Below are positions 1-12,772 of a stretch of DNA of 64,000 bases, piece after piece. The DNA comes from Spongospora subterranea f. sp. subterranea (lineage: Eukaryota), in assembly GCA_049724395.1 (NCBI GenBank), contig JAUGWO010000107.1, forward strand, positions 62,001-126,000. The letters run 5' to 3'. Position 1 is the stretch's first letter. Every line of letters begins with the position of its first letter. The notes under the pieces are model-generated. The model saw only the letters and a list, made by a program, of their open reading frames with translations, was not told the DNA's origin and did not search any database. A program made the translations under genes and the position numbers.

Positions 1-263
1 ACCCTTTTCTATTTCGATTATAACTCAATTGCTCAGCTGGCCCATCATACACCATTACCAAATGTCGTGATGATTCTAAAAACGGACCTACATGGAGTAA
101 AGGGATGGATTTCGTGTGGACTATTGGCCGGGCGGACTTGGCGATAAACTATAAACTCCAGTCCCATTTGACCAAGGCGGTTGCAAACGCCAAGTGCAAC
201 TAGCAATACCTATTCCAGGGCTAAGCCAGATATAGGATCAACAGGATCGCCCTTGTTGATCAT

Positions 264-1354
264 ATGACCACTATTCGAACATCATGGAACCAATCAGTTC
301 ACGCTTTGGGGCGCCCTCATTGGTTTGAGCCAGGGATGAATGAGTGTATCAAACAGATGAAAGAAGCTGCTCATAAAGGGACTCGAGCTATGTTTGAGGT
401 ACGGGACGCCCGAATACCTTGCTTATCCCATCCTTCAATTGAGGCATTAACTTGTCCACCTTATTCCTACCGTCGTATGATTTGTTATACGCATTGTGAT
501 CTTCTTCACGATCGTGATCTCCCGCGCATTACCGATTATGCCAAGTCAATTTCCTCTGGTGTATCGCCTCTATTATTGAAGTTGGCTGATCATAAACACG
601 GTCCAGAGCCAAGGACTAGCGTGATTAGAAGCTCTATGATCTCCTTCCTTTTCCATGCATATGATGGCAAATATGACCCACTATATCCATTACGCTCATT
701 CGCTGTTGGGTTCCCAAATGTTGGCAAATCCACATTTCTATACGTTAGCACACAGGCTCAGGTAGGTTCAGAAAAGCGGATGTTGTCGATTGTCAGGAAT
801 TGCACTAAGTTGTTTTCCAACAGACCCGTATTATGCGAAAAAAACAGGATTACCATCTTCCCAAAGTGGCCAATATTCCTGGGTATACAACCGTGCTGAA
901 GCCTCATTGGCTTTCTATTAAGGATCCACCTGCTAGAATAATGGATACTCCTGGTATCAATCTTCCAAGAGGCTCATTCGTAAAGTATTTTACTGCAAAC
1001 CTTTGGTTGGAACTGCTTGTTTTCATATTCATTGTCAGAGATCGAGAGTCGTTCTATAAATTGTCGCTGATCGGCTGTCTCCAAGAGAAATTCTACATTC
1101 AGGAAGTCGAAGATGTCCTTGATTATCTTCTGTTCAAGCTCAATCGTTCTGGTCATCTTGATTATGTTCAGTATCTGAATATATCCGATGCAACAGATGA
1201 TGTTGAACAGCTGATTCAGACGTTACTTGATGATGGAGCGACACAAACGGATAGAACTACTTTGGCCTTGCGAATTATCAATCAATGGCGACGAGGGGAA
1301 TTCGGCAGAATGTGTCTTGATCAAATTCCAAACTCGCAGTCGTCACAACTGTGA
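264..1354 (+). CDS. MTG1: Circularly permuted YlqF/RbgA-family GTPase (mitochondrial GTPase 1-like), spliced
   Basis: HWFEPGM..K N-terminal motif, EVRDAR, G1 GFPNVGKS, G2 PGYT, G3 DTPG and C-terminal WRRGEFGRMCLD. Probable introns at ~762-823 and ~980-1038 (GT..AG). Confidence 0.8.
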
Positions 1355-1807
1355 TTTCGCTTCAATTTAGCTCAACAATTCTCTTATTTTTATACGTAAA
1401 CATACATATCTATAAACAACGTGCAATTTATCATATTTGTGCTCCATATTCTTAAGATGAACCCAGATATAATACATCGCCCCATTCAAGTTGTTGACAG
1501 ACTCTCGACTGGTGTGCTCCAAACTCTACCTCAAGAATGCGACATGGAGCTATCACCGTTGCTTTTGGGGAAATCTCACTTCTATATGATGAAACAAGGT
1601 CATATTTGGCTACCAAAGCTCATGCCGAGAATCAACCGAGGATCAATCACAATCGCTTCACCTGCCTAATAACATTGCTGTGTGATTAACCAAATCAGTC
1701 GCACCGGAAGAAATCAACAACCCCATTAACACCTGCTCTCGTTCCAACCACCTCTTCAGGGATCATAAAGCTTTTAACCCTCGGATGGGTCCAGTTTTTC
1801 AATTAGC

Positions 1808-1956
1808 GATTGGGGTAAGCTTTGCTTACTTGATGTTAGCACAAGAGCGATGGAAGGAATCCGATCCTTAGTTTATTGTAAAAACGATTGTAGAAATGTT
1901 CGGGTACGAGCCCGTTGAATCCTTGCACGCGTCGCGTACGGTATCATGCGATACGA
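1808..1956 (-). repeat. 3' LTR of the copia element (degenerate)
   Basis: Shares gcttact..tgttagcaca, ccgatccttagtttattg and tcatgcg with 4588-4680. The adjacent ccttcctc reads as a polypurine tract (gaggaagg) on the minus strand. Confidence 0.6.
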
Positions 1957-4587
1957 CCTTCCTCGGGCGAGTGATCCATAGCTGCACATAGGAAATGTGA
2001 TCCTTTCGATTGAAATCGATCGCACCGAGGAGCTTGGTTAGTTGATTTGCGATCATATCAGCTGTCGAGCACGGTAGTAGAATAACCCGAGCTAGAACGA
2101 AGTCCCGAATGAATCCGATACAAGTAGCGATATGGCGTGTGTTCGCCGGTGTTCGTGAACCGTTCACGAGCGTTAAACATCCTGCATTGTCCTCATATAT
2201 GTCGATCGTCGCGTCGTCTTGGAGTAACTTCATCTTCGATAATAAACCTAGCAGTCTTCGTCGCATCCAATATCGCATTTATCTCGGCTTCAGTAGTAAC
2301 TAAGGCTGTCAGTTGCTGTCGCCTGGAGCTCCAAATAATTGGCCCGTTCGTACTGAATAAGAATCTGGTTGTTGAGTTCGGTTCATACTTGCAATCGTGT
2401 GCGAAGTCGATAATGCATACCCAATTAGAGTGTACTCGCCCTTTTTTCAAATGTGGGTCCAGTGTGCCCTGAACCCTTTAGCAATCGACGGATGCGCTTG
2501 ACGGCGAGGACGTTCGCGTGATTGAGAGTCGTTACGAATCGTGCGGCGTGATGGACTGGTTGTGCAATGTCAGGTCTGGTGCTATTGGCGATGTATAACA
2601 GGCTTCCTATTGCCTCGCGATTAGGAAAGTCTTCGTCTTGACCTGTTTCATCTTGCTGAATTTATTCCTCCTTAATCGCGGGCGTCTTGACTGGGTGACA
2701 GTCGCTCATGTCGAACTTCTGCAGAATACTGGTAAGGTATGCGCCTTGAGATATGACAGCGGTGTCGTTGGTTGCGGTTATTCGCCATCCGACGATGTAT
2801 TTGACTTCGCCCAGAATCTTGACTCGAAGGCTGCTGGACATCTGGGTTTCGAAATTGACGATCTGTTCGAATGAAGTAGAAGCCAACCAAAATATCATCG
2901 ACGTATGTCGCCACAAGAATAATGTCAGCACCATCGTCGTTAATTACTAGGCATGTGTCGTTATTGCTCTTTCTCAAACACATATTAAATGCAAGTGTTG
3001 ACAGGTGATTATACCAAGCGAGACCGGCCTGTTTTAGGCCATAGATCGCCTTGTGGTGTCGGAATACGACAGCAGGTTGTGTGAGATATAGCTCTGCATC
3101 AAGTTCTGCGTTGAGATAACCTGTGTCGACGTCCATCTGTCGGACATGCCATCCTTGCGCCTTAAGGCCAATCAGTGTCCTGATAGTTGCAGCTAGTGAG
3201 AATGTCTCGACGTAATCAACACCTATTCGTAGCGAGAACCCTTGGGCGACCAGGCGTGCCTTATGTCTTTCAACGGTCCCGTCGCTGTTCGTCTTACCTT
3301 TGTACACCCATTTCGACTTAAGCGCCTTTCGACCTGGAGGGAGCTTGCACAACGATCATGTGCCGTTTGTGGTCAGGGATTCAAACTCCCGCTGCATGGC
3401 CTGTTGCCATTGGTGACTGTCGTGGCGATGGATTGCGTCGTCATAGGTGCTGGTTCAACACCCGACCGTGCCGTATGTGTCGGTGGGTTGCCAGCGTAAG
3501 ATCGTTTGTGTGCATCCTCTTCCTCTTGAATACATCATGAGATAGTCGTGTATGTTTGTGCTGTGATCCTGGTTAAGGTTCTTTTGAGTCGAGCGGCCTT
3601 TAGTAAAAGTCGAAAATGACTTGCGCCGCTGATGGCTGGATGTAGTCGATCCTTTTGTCGGTGTAGGAGCGAGCGTTATTGGTTGATCAGTGGTTGGAAC
3701 ATCGGGGGTCAATGGTGTTGGCGTTGGCACCTTCGGCTCTGGTTCCTCAACAGGTGTTTCCGAGGATGCAGCTGCTGTTGGTGTTGGTTCTTCGACCTTC
3801 GGGAGATCGTGTCTTGGATTGACTGTCCTAATGATGGTTGAAAATAACTTACGTCTGAAATTGGAGCACCAGCGTTGGCTAGTGCACTTTGACAATTCGA
3901 ACACTATTTTTATAAACTCGAGTATATCATCGATTCCACCTAGCCTTAACTGCTCTAGTTGATCTTCTGCTGCGATGGCGTCCGCAGCTAATTTACTGTC
4001 GAAGTGGTTCGTCAATGATCACCACGTAAATGCCAGTCAGGACATTCGAACGTTAGTTTATTTATACGTGTCGGAAAGGGACATCTGCAGAAACCGGTGT
4101 GCTAGGTCATGTCGTCGATCGAAGTCGGTGCTTTTCGATTGGTCAATAGGCGTATATGTAGTCGGGATGGGCTTTGTCCCTGCTGCTGCGCGAGCGTAGG
4201 CGATGTAGACCTTCTCGAGATCTTGTTGCGCCTGCTGGAGTTGCTGTCGGTGGGAGACGTTTTCTGGGTCTTCTAGTGCCAACGGCTTGGCGTTGTTTTG
4301 CGCGAGGGCGGCGTCTGTAAGTCGTGAGCGCGCGTCTTTCTGTTCTGTGTTCGAGTCTTGTTGAGGGGCCCTCGTGGTGTTCGAGTGCGGTGGCATCTCG
4401 ATCCCAGTCATGATGTTGTATGCGTTGATGAATTTCATGCCCATGACTGCTTCCTTTCTCCACAAGAAGCAAGTTCTGTGCGGTCAGCGGTTGGGATGAC
4501 AATCTGCTGGATGGAAACCTTTTGATCGCTCATTGCTGGAGCAAAGCGTGTGTTTCAACGAAGAACTCTGCGGTGTGCGAATTGGGC

Positions 4588-4680
4588 TGTTGGAGCGAGC
4601 TTGGCTTACTCGGTGTTAGCACAGCCGATCCTTAGTTTATTGCAAAGATCGATTAGAATCGATTGGATCATGCGTTAACA
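4588..4680 (-). repeat. 5' LTR of the copia element (shortened by deletions)
   Basis: TGTTGG...TTAACA ends; collinear similarity to 1808-1956 with gaps. Confidence 0.6.
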
Positions 4681-4741
4681 GAATTTCTCAGTCTGCCCAA
4701 AAATATTGCAAGTACAATCAAACGATCACTAATTACCAAAT

Positions 4742-5336
4742 ATGAAAAGGCAGTCATCTAGTCGGAAACCTGGTCACGCACCGGCTACTACCGGTAGGCG
4801 AAAACCCTCTGATGATAAAGCGAAGGGACCATATCCAGTCCAGAAAGCGCAACTTCAACAGGCTTTCGACTTCTTTGACGCCACCAAAAAAGGCTATTTA
4901 ACGATAGATGACCTGAAGGCGCGCCTTCCGATTTTCTATAAGAACTTACCCAATAGAGAACTCAAATTTCTCATGAACAACAAAACCGAATTAACGTTTG
5001 ACGATCTGCATGAACTGTTATCTGATAACCTATTGAATAATTTTGATCCTGCAGCTGAAGCATTCAAGGTAAGCAACTTACTCTCCAGTAAAGTATAATC
5101 GTACTTACTATTAGAAATACATACAGATTTATGACCCGAAAGGTACAGGATTCGTCAACGTTGGCATTTTACGAGATATTTTCGGACAATTGGGGTTTGG
5201 GGAAGTTACAGACGAGGATATGAAGATCGTAATCGAGACTGCTGATAGCGATAAAGACGGGAAAATTGGGTTAGACGACTTCAAAAACATTCTCAACCAA
5301 AAAGTGGATCTAGGAGTCTTCAACACGCAGTCGTGA
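4742..5336 (+). CDS. Calmodulin/centrin-like EF-hand protein, 2 exons
   Basis: EF loops FDATKKGYLTIDDL, YDPKGTGFVNVGIL and ADSDKDGKIGLDDF. Intron 5069-5126 (gtaagc..atacag) joins the frames; TGA at 5334-5336. Confidence 0.88.
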
Positions 5337-6068
5337 AGCCAATTTCATAGACAGGGTGGTAAGAGATAGCATCAACATTATGGTACACTGACTTCCTTTT
5401 TGTTTATGTAAAGTTTGATAAAATGAAAAACGAGTCCTTAAACCGAAATCCGGTATTAGTAAGAACGTGAGATTTTATATGTCGTCAAAACACACATCTT
5501 CGGACCTCGTGAACGGCTGCATGGAGTATCAAGGCAACCCTTAATATATTTCAACTATGAAGGATTTCGAATCTGCATGGTATCCCGAACCCGATTCAAA
5601 AATATCAATAACATTAATACTAAGATCAGGTCTTCGTTTTTGAGGAATTGATGAAATTTGACAACTTGAATAGTGACAATTTGGATCGAGATAGCTAATG
5701 AAAAATACCCTGTGAAGATTCAATCCTTCGTAAAGCGAGCTTCTCGACAAACGAATAAGGTCGCAGAGAGTGATTTGGTCTGCGCAGAAACAATGAATGC
5801 GGGTGGTAAACTTTAAGTTTTCCATTCTTCGCGTTTATAGATTACTTGAACCACTATCGTATGAAACATGATGGTTTGGCTGCATTAGCCGAACACTATG
5901 GAGTAATGTTTATCGTATCGACCATATACTCTTGACCCTTCGCTTAATGCACCTTTACAATCGGATTAAGCGCACCAACACAATAAACCCTTGCTGAGAT
6001 ACGCCCGCAACGTTCGATTATTCCACGAAATCATTCAAAATATACGTGGCCCTGTACCTGCACTTGCA

Positions 6069-7280
6069 ATGACGCCTGAGGAGATCGAGATGAGGCTGCG
6101 AACTCTACTCCCAGCCCAGGAGAGATCAAGACCCGTGGAACTTCAAGCTATACCAAGAGGGATGGAGGCACTTCCGAGAAGCATAGATAGATCCCAAGCA
6201 GCCATCGATGAATTTCTAAGCAATCTTTCAGCAATTAAAGGGGATCAGTGCCAAATTCATCAAGATACCTGATTTCATTGATGGAACCCGCAAAGTGACA
6301 TACGATTTCAAGGATGATCAAATGCTATCAAGCCCTGCAATCAACCTCACAGAGATGCCAAATGATGATATAGTGGCGCTGGGAAGACTCGTCATGCCTA
6401 TGTTTGCATTAGGATTCTCCCAGTCCGAAATAGCTGCTCTGTTTGTGTTAGCGTACAACCTGAAGAATCCATCTGGAGACCGCTCCAATGTGTTGACCGG
6501 AACAGACGACATAGAGCTTGACTCTGACAAACCATATGACGAACTTGATGACACTATTTTTTATATAATGGCCACCGAACATGTGAGAACGACCGGAACA
6601 ACTGATGTTGTACAGGAGTCTGCAGCATTTTCTTATCTTGCTGCCTCTGCTCGGCTCTTCACCAAGTCTGAGGAAAACTACATAAAGGCATTCATTTTTC
6701 GCGATTTTATGGATCTCCTATGATCATCCATCCTCCTGTTCCCAATAAAGAAGCGCTGAAGACATTGACGCATGGGTTCCGGAGACTCTCTGAAAGCATT
6801 CGGACTCAGAAGATTCCTTTATGAGTTACATCTTGCCAATACGGGGATGCACATTGTGAGTATATTTGCAAAGATCTGTGGTGTTATGATCTGCTCGCGA
6901 GATTGTTGTTGATGGTGATAGACTCAAAAGAGCATTCTCGCCAGGTTGAGGCTCTCTGTGCAATGATAGAGCTAATTATGTCTGCAGATGACATGCACAA
7001 AAAGAAAATGTGGGGGTATGGAAGACTTTTTGATGAAACGTTCATGTCACCACTTAAAAAAAAATCCTGTCCCCTCCCACATACTCCCTTTGCATCTGCC
7101 TTGAAAAGCGAAGCTGCTCAATCTAACCAGAACATCTTGGACATAGCGCAGTTGTCATATGTCAGCCAGAATAGGAAGTACGGTGATGCATCTGGACTGG
7201 CTATAATAAAGTCGATCAGGAAGTTCCACCATGAGGAGGACCAGTTTCGCCAGAACAGGATGCGATTTGACAAAAAAATC
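6069..7280 (+). pseudogene. Endogenous viral element: plant-type rhabdovirus (varicosavirus-like) nucleoprotein/coat protein, frameshifted
   Basis: Joining frames gives AAFSYLAASARLFTKSEENYIKA, F.DFYGSP, GLRRFLYELHLANTGMHIVSIFAKICG (6800-6885), MWGYGRLFDETFMSPL(K/Q)..KSC and NQNILDIAQL. These match, from memory, the conserved motifs of plant rhabdovirus N proteins in the correct order. Intronless, with several indels. Confidence 0.8.
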
Positions 7281-8237
7281 CAGTTGGGCGGCATGCAATG
7301 TGGCAGTACAACCATGTTAACAAAGGGAATATACTTCCGCCATCAATTGATACTGTAGATCAGTCCCGATTGATTGTTGTGGTTTTGGTCAATAAATAGC
7401 GACAGTGTCAAGACTCTAACACTGATCCTTTCCTTTGTCATAGACCTTAATTCGCTTTTTTTGGCCTGAGGTATTCGACGTCACTGACCTATGTTGCAGT
7501 TGATGATAAGATGGCAAGTAAAGCTCGAGTCATCCCCATTTGAAATTTGGGACCGCGTACCAACATGGTGACCGATTTTTAATATCAACAGATGATGAAG
7601 GATTCTCTAAGTTAGCGCTAATTCTGCTGCCACAATGCATGATTTTGCCGTCACCGATCACAGACCGAAACGGCCGATTTTGTTTCCCAAACCTCAGCCC
7701 GTTCTGGGCAAATCTGATCCTACCGTGTCTCTTAGCTAAGTTACTTCACAGGCTGATTCTGAAGGATCCGAATTTGGTTTCAATCGGTCGTCCAAACAAT
7801 CCGTCTGGCTCCGCCGGAGGTTTGCAGAACCCTTGAAATGCACGATGCCACATCTGACGAACTAACCAAAGGCAATTGTAGTGATAAGCGATTTCACAAA
7901 AACAACTATTGCAGTGTAGCAAACAAAAAACTATCACTAACCGATGATTGCGCCCATTTCCATTGGCAAGAGTCAAAATCTGCAGTTGTTCTCTGTACGG
8001 TTTCGAGTGTTCTTGTTCCTGATACTTTGGCCATATGTTCGAGCAAACCTTTCTGCAACAAATGCCATCAATTGCCAAGGATTCTTGATGCAGCGAGAAG
8101 AGGTGATGATCTACCATCACGACATATCCAGATTGTTATCACTTATGATTAATATCATCGATCTTTCTCTCACGTGTTCAAATTCGACTGGGACCAGTGC
8201 CGATACGTCTGATTGCGTTACCGCTATTCGTGATCAT

Positions 8238-8515
8238 ACATTGCTGTTAACCACTGTGATACAGGGACTCACTCTGCAATGACTAGCGGTACCGTTGTCA
8301 CATTGCTGTTAACCACTGTGTAATAGGGGCTCACTCTGCAATAACTAGCGAAACCGTTGTCATTTTGCTGTTACCCACTGTGTAGCAGGGACCCACTCTG
8401 CAATGACCAGCGAAACCGTTGTCATATTGCCCACTTGGGTAACAGGGACTCACAAAATCGTTGTCATATTGCTATTACCCACTGTGCTACAGGGACTCAC
8501 TCTGCAATGACTAAC
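8238..8515. repeat. Degenerate ~62-bp tandem repeat, about 5 copies
   Basis: Recurrent cattgctgttaaccactgtg..agggactcactctgcaatgactagcg..accgttgtca. Confidence 0.8.
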
Positions 8516-9291
8516 AAAACAGCACCCTGTAGGGCTCATATGCTCACCCTTGACTTTTACAAGCGAATCAAGTTAAGATACCTTGTTTAGAACACTATAG
8601 AGACATGTAGAAGTGCCAAATGACTTGAATTGAAATTGACGGCACATAGCGCAACAGAGGTTGGCGATGACAGAAAACAATCTCTCTTGGAAAGGATGAG
8701 CTGGGCCCGGTGAGCAAACATCCTAATGATTGAATCGGATTTTGAATTTTTAGCGCTTGTGCTATGCTGCGATCTATGGCATCAAGATGGTAAACATTGA
8801 TGCAGAGTTGAACTGCCGCAAATGATAGTGAAGTGCATATGCCGAAATAAAAACTGTTGAAGTTATTTTGGTATTACTGGATATTCTCATCCTAAAAATA
8901 GCAAATTAACCATGATGTTGTTGCTCACAAGGTGGTAATGGATGGGTTCTCTGTTTACTGCCATCCAGCTCATAATCATCTCTGACATCCTCATTTTCAA
9001 TTAAGCATTTGAGATCAGATTCGAACGACCTGTCGGGTCAAAAACAGGAATACTTTGAAATTTACCGAACCAATGCGAGTTTGAAAAGAGATATTTGCAA
9101 TTAACAGCAGGTTCTTGATTCACTGCCTATGGTCTTTATTATCAAAAGGCAAAAATTAAACGCTGACTTGAGTCGACCTGTTTTGCGTCCTTTTTTGTTA
9201 CACTTTCAAATCAAAGGCAGAGTGCGGACCGCGGATTTGCGGACCTATCGTGACTTTGAAGAAACCGCGCAACAGTATAGCTGAAAATTCC

Positions 9292-11986
9292 ATGATGACA
9301 GAAGGTAATCCCGATAATACCCATAAACCATTGGGATTATCTAATTCAACCTCCTTTGTCTCTGCTGAACACATGTTGGATCTGAATTCATGGCTGGTTT
9401 CGCAAGGGTTCATTTTCCCAGAACACGTTTGTGTTCTGCCTTCGGGCGGTAAAGGAAATGGCCTTTATCTCACCGCCGATATCGGTCCTGAACTGCCGGT
9501 CATCGAAATCCCATTCCGATTCGCTCTCACTATTGAATCTGCCAAATCTTCACCGGTACCACAAAACCTGTGATTTGAAAAGTTCCGCGACTTTCTCGTT
9601 TAAACTATTGAGTTTTTAGATAGGAAAAGTGCTGTTGGGGATGGGAGCCAGCCAAAAAACAGTAATGAGAATCTGGTTGATCAGCGAACGGATGATAGAC
9701 GGTTCAAATTTTGGTCCCTATTTGCGTTCACTACCTGAGACGTATTCGGATCCATTATGGTGGAACGACAACGATATCAACGCTCTTCGGGGAACGAATT
9801 TATTCATGGCCGTCTCATCTAGGTATGCCACCAAGACCGTAATCGTTCATGGAATATAATGACCCACAGGCGACAAGAAATTCAAACTGAGTTTAGCCAG
9901 TTCTTAGAGCCGATTGGTCGCCTTCATCCTGAGCTTATTCCAGCTCAAGGTTGTTGTCTAGAACGGTTGATCTGGGCACACTCTCTGTTGAATTCCAGGG
10001 GGTTCCCCTCGTCTTTGGGCGGGGTTCCCGACGCTTCTGTCGGCTGTTTATTGCCATTTGCCGATCTGTTCAATCATCGCAACAGCGGCCGGACAACGTG
10101 CCAGGAATGGCACATCACTGCTAATTCTGTTGTCTTCCGCGGACTGAGAGATTTTGATGCCAAATCAGGTGAAGAGATCTTCACAAACTATGGCGCCAAA
10201 TCGGTATGGAGTCATTAGCAACTTCAAAGTTTCGTTTGTAATTTGGGTTATTGTCTTAGCAATCAAACATTAAGATTGGATTTTCTGAATTCTAGTTTCC
10301 CCAAATGAGAATTATGGTATAATGAAGTAGTTCGTTAATGGCGTTCTTCTTCTCTTCAAACTGAACGAAGTTTCGCAAACCACGCAAATTCAATTTTCGC
10401 TGCGACAAATACGGTTTATTCTTGACTCAATAACTTATTCTTGCCTGGTTTAGAACGAAGAATTTCTGTTGGGATACGGGTTTACGATAGCCGATAATCC
10501 ACACGATCATCTAACTGTCATGTTATCGTCAATTGATATGAACGAACCACACAGCTCTTTCCAGATGTCGCTCCTCAACAAAGTTCCGTCTGTCCATTAC
10601 CTCACTCGGACCTCAATTCCATCCTCTTTCATGCAAGCATTGCGCATCAGCGTTTTGACCCCGGTTGAGGCGTATTCTCTTCCGCTTCATAGCGACTTAT
10701 CAACTTCTGTGAGCGTTGAAAATGAACTCGCCGTTTTCGATCTAGTCCTTGCACTTCTTCGCCGATATCGTCGCAGAATTGAACTCGTTCTCGAAGAGGA
10801 AAAGGAAAAGCCCCTTGTGAATGTCAATGTTCAAAACGCTGCTAATTACCGTCAAGGTCAACATGAAATCATCATCGCCTGCATCAAAAAGTTCACCGAA
10901 ATGCACAATGAGTTCGTCGACACGAATTGTAAGATGCCGGTGCCTGTGAAAGTCGAGTCCATGTTTAGTTCCGTTCACGGCGTCGTTGCTCGCAAAACTA
11001 TTGAGCGTTGGGAAACGATTCTATCAATTCCTGGGGATCATTTGCTGGTTCCCAAATCTGTTTGTTTAGCCTGGCCGGCTCTGTCATTGCTGAGGGACCT
11101 AGGCGAGAACGTCATCTTGGCGTTATACCTTTTCCGAGAGATTTCCTCTGGACGTGAACCATTTGTCTCGATGATTACTCCAAATTCTCCCATCCTTTGG
11201 TCAGATTGTGATCTGCAGCTTCTGGGACCGAGCACAGTTCCGGCCGTTGCCCTGGCGATGGATGATCTGTTTGAGTGGCAGTCTATTCACGAGCATTTGA
11301 TCAATCTAGAGGAGCCGCTATTTCCCACCAATGATTTCACTCAATCTGAATTTATTCGCTGTCTGTTGATTGTGGAATCGCATTCATTATATCTGGAAAT
11401 TGACGGCGTCACAACTCTTTGTCTTCTCCCGATTCCTTGCTTGCCCATCCATAGTGCTTCCTCCCCCAACGCCGTCTTCACGCTGGAAGGTGATGAATTA
11501 CTGTTAACTGCACGAACTACTATCTTTTGCGGAACTCCAATTCTCGTGATTCGCGGACGATCGCTGGCAAACGATGAACTTTTGGTGCATCACGGTCAGG
11601 TCCTCGAAGACGATAATCCTCCAGTCTTGATCGATTTAGACTCTATTGCCACGATGGCGTTTGGCGAAGGACGAGTGAATATGCGCTGTGAAGAATTGGG
11701 TGGTATGCCACATTTGTTCATTGGGCGGTATGGGGTTCCAGAGCGACTTCATCACGATCCGGAATTCCTTTCTAAGATGTTGAAGGCGACGGCAGAACTG
11801 TTTGGCTATGACATTGATGACTTAGCAGTTGTCAAGCGACCATCAGACGTTCTCGCTGGCATTGAATCACCAGAGGACATCGCGATCTCTTACCGAAATG
11901 CGATCCTTAGTCTGATTCATAAGGTGCAGAACACGTTGGATCCCATTGAGGATCGGCGAAACAATATTAATCAAACGGTGAACTAG
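9292..11986 (+). CDS. SET-domain lysine methyltransferase (SETD3/SETD4/LSMT class) with a second, degenerate SET module
   Basis: GKGNGLY, FGPYLRSLP..PLWW, WAHSLLNSRGF, LLPFADLFNH, EEIFTNYG and LLGYGF. The second module has HGVVARKTI..ILSIP, SPILWS and NDELLVHHG. Introns lie near 9556, 9823 and 10204-10453. Confidence 0.82.
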
Positions 11987-12772
11987 CAACAGTTCCTATA
12001 TCATTTTGCCGTCGATTTTTATGTATTGCGACGGTCAGTTAATTTCACTTTCATAAACACCATTTATCCAGTTTCTAATTGCGAATCTTGACGCCTTTCG
12101 GTTAAATACTCTATTCGGTCGTATTTCGAACCCCATTCGCATGTTATCCAATGGTAAAAGGCCAGGTATTTTCCGGGTGGGAGAAATGATTCAGAGGCAA
12201 TGAGAATGCGAAAACGCGGAATAAGGAAAAAAATCAAAAGGGTATCAACGAGCAAAGCGAAATAAAAATTACGCTTAAAGCTCTATCAAAGGAAGGGGTT
12301 AGCGAGTTTGATTCTGCGCCGTAAATCGTACTTTGACTGGTAAAACCAAACCTCGCATGCAATTAGCGAACCCGCAGGCAGCAACAATATTTGTGATAGG
12401 AATATCTGCAGAAGAACAGGAATATGCATGAAGAGATGGGAATATATAGGAACTTGACCATACTTGCATTCCTTGACGAAGTTGTCAATAGCAGCAACGG
12501 CAGTCGTGAAGTACCATCGTCAATTCCACCCCCAAGTTTAGAAACGATACGATCGCAATCGACGCCAGGTGCTCATTAACAATTAATGACAACTGAAAGT
12601 TATGTAATAATATTCCTTACACAATACCAATAGCTATACATCGCGTTCTGCAAAGGTGAGCGGAAGTTTTGTTCACCGTATTGAGTATTGACATACCTAC
12701 ACCTACACAACCCTTCCTGACACGCGGACACCGTCGCCGCACAAGGACAAGTACCGCCATCAAGTTGTCAAC

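Larger units (their letters stand above)
1808..4680 (-). mobile_element. Internally deleted, decayed Ty1/copia LTR retrotransposon
   Basis: Gag-like ORFs at 4058-4465 and 3455-4015; copia RT (KWVYKGK..ERHKARLVAQGF, QMDVDTGYLNA, KAIYGLKQAG, YVDDIL) at 2662-3352; RNase H (WSSRRQ..TTEAE, YEDNAGC, HIATCIGFIRD, MIANQLTK) at 1868-2450. Frameshifted, and no protease or integrase is visible. Confidence 0.92.

Noticed and set aside
7540..8282. Further viral genes (P, movement protein or L) after the N remnant
   Set aside because: The short overlapping ORFs carry no motif I can recognise; a profile search would be needed.
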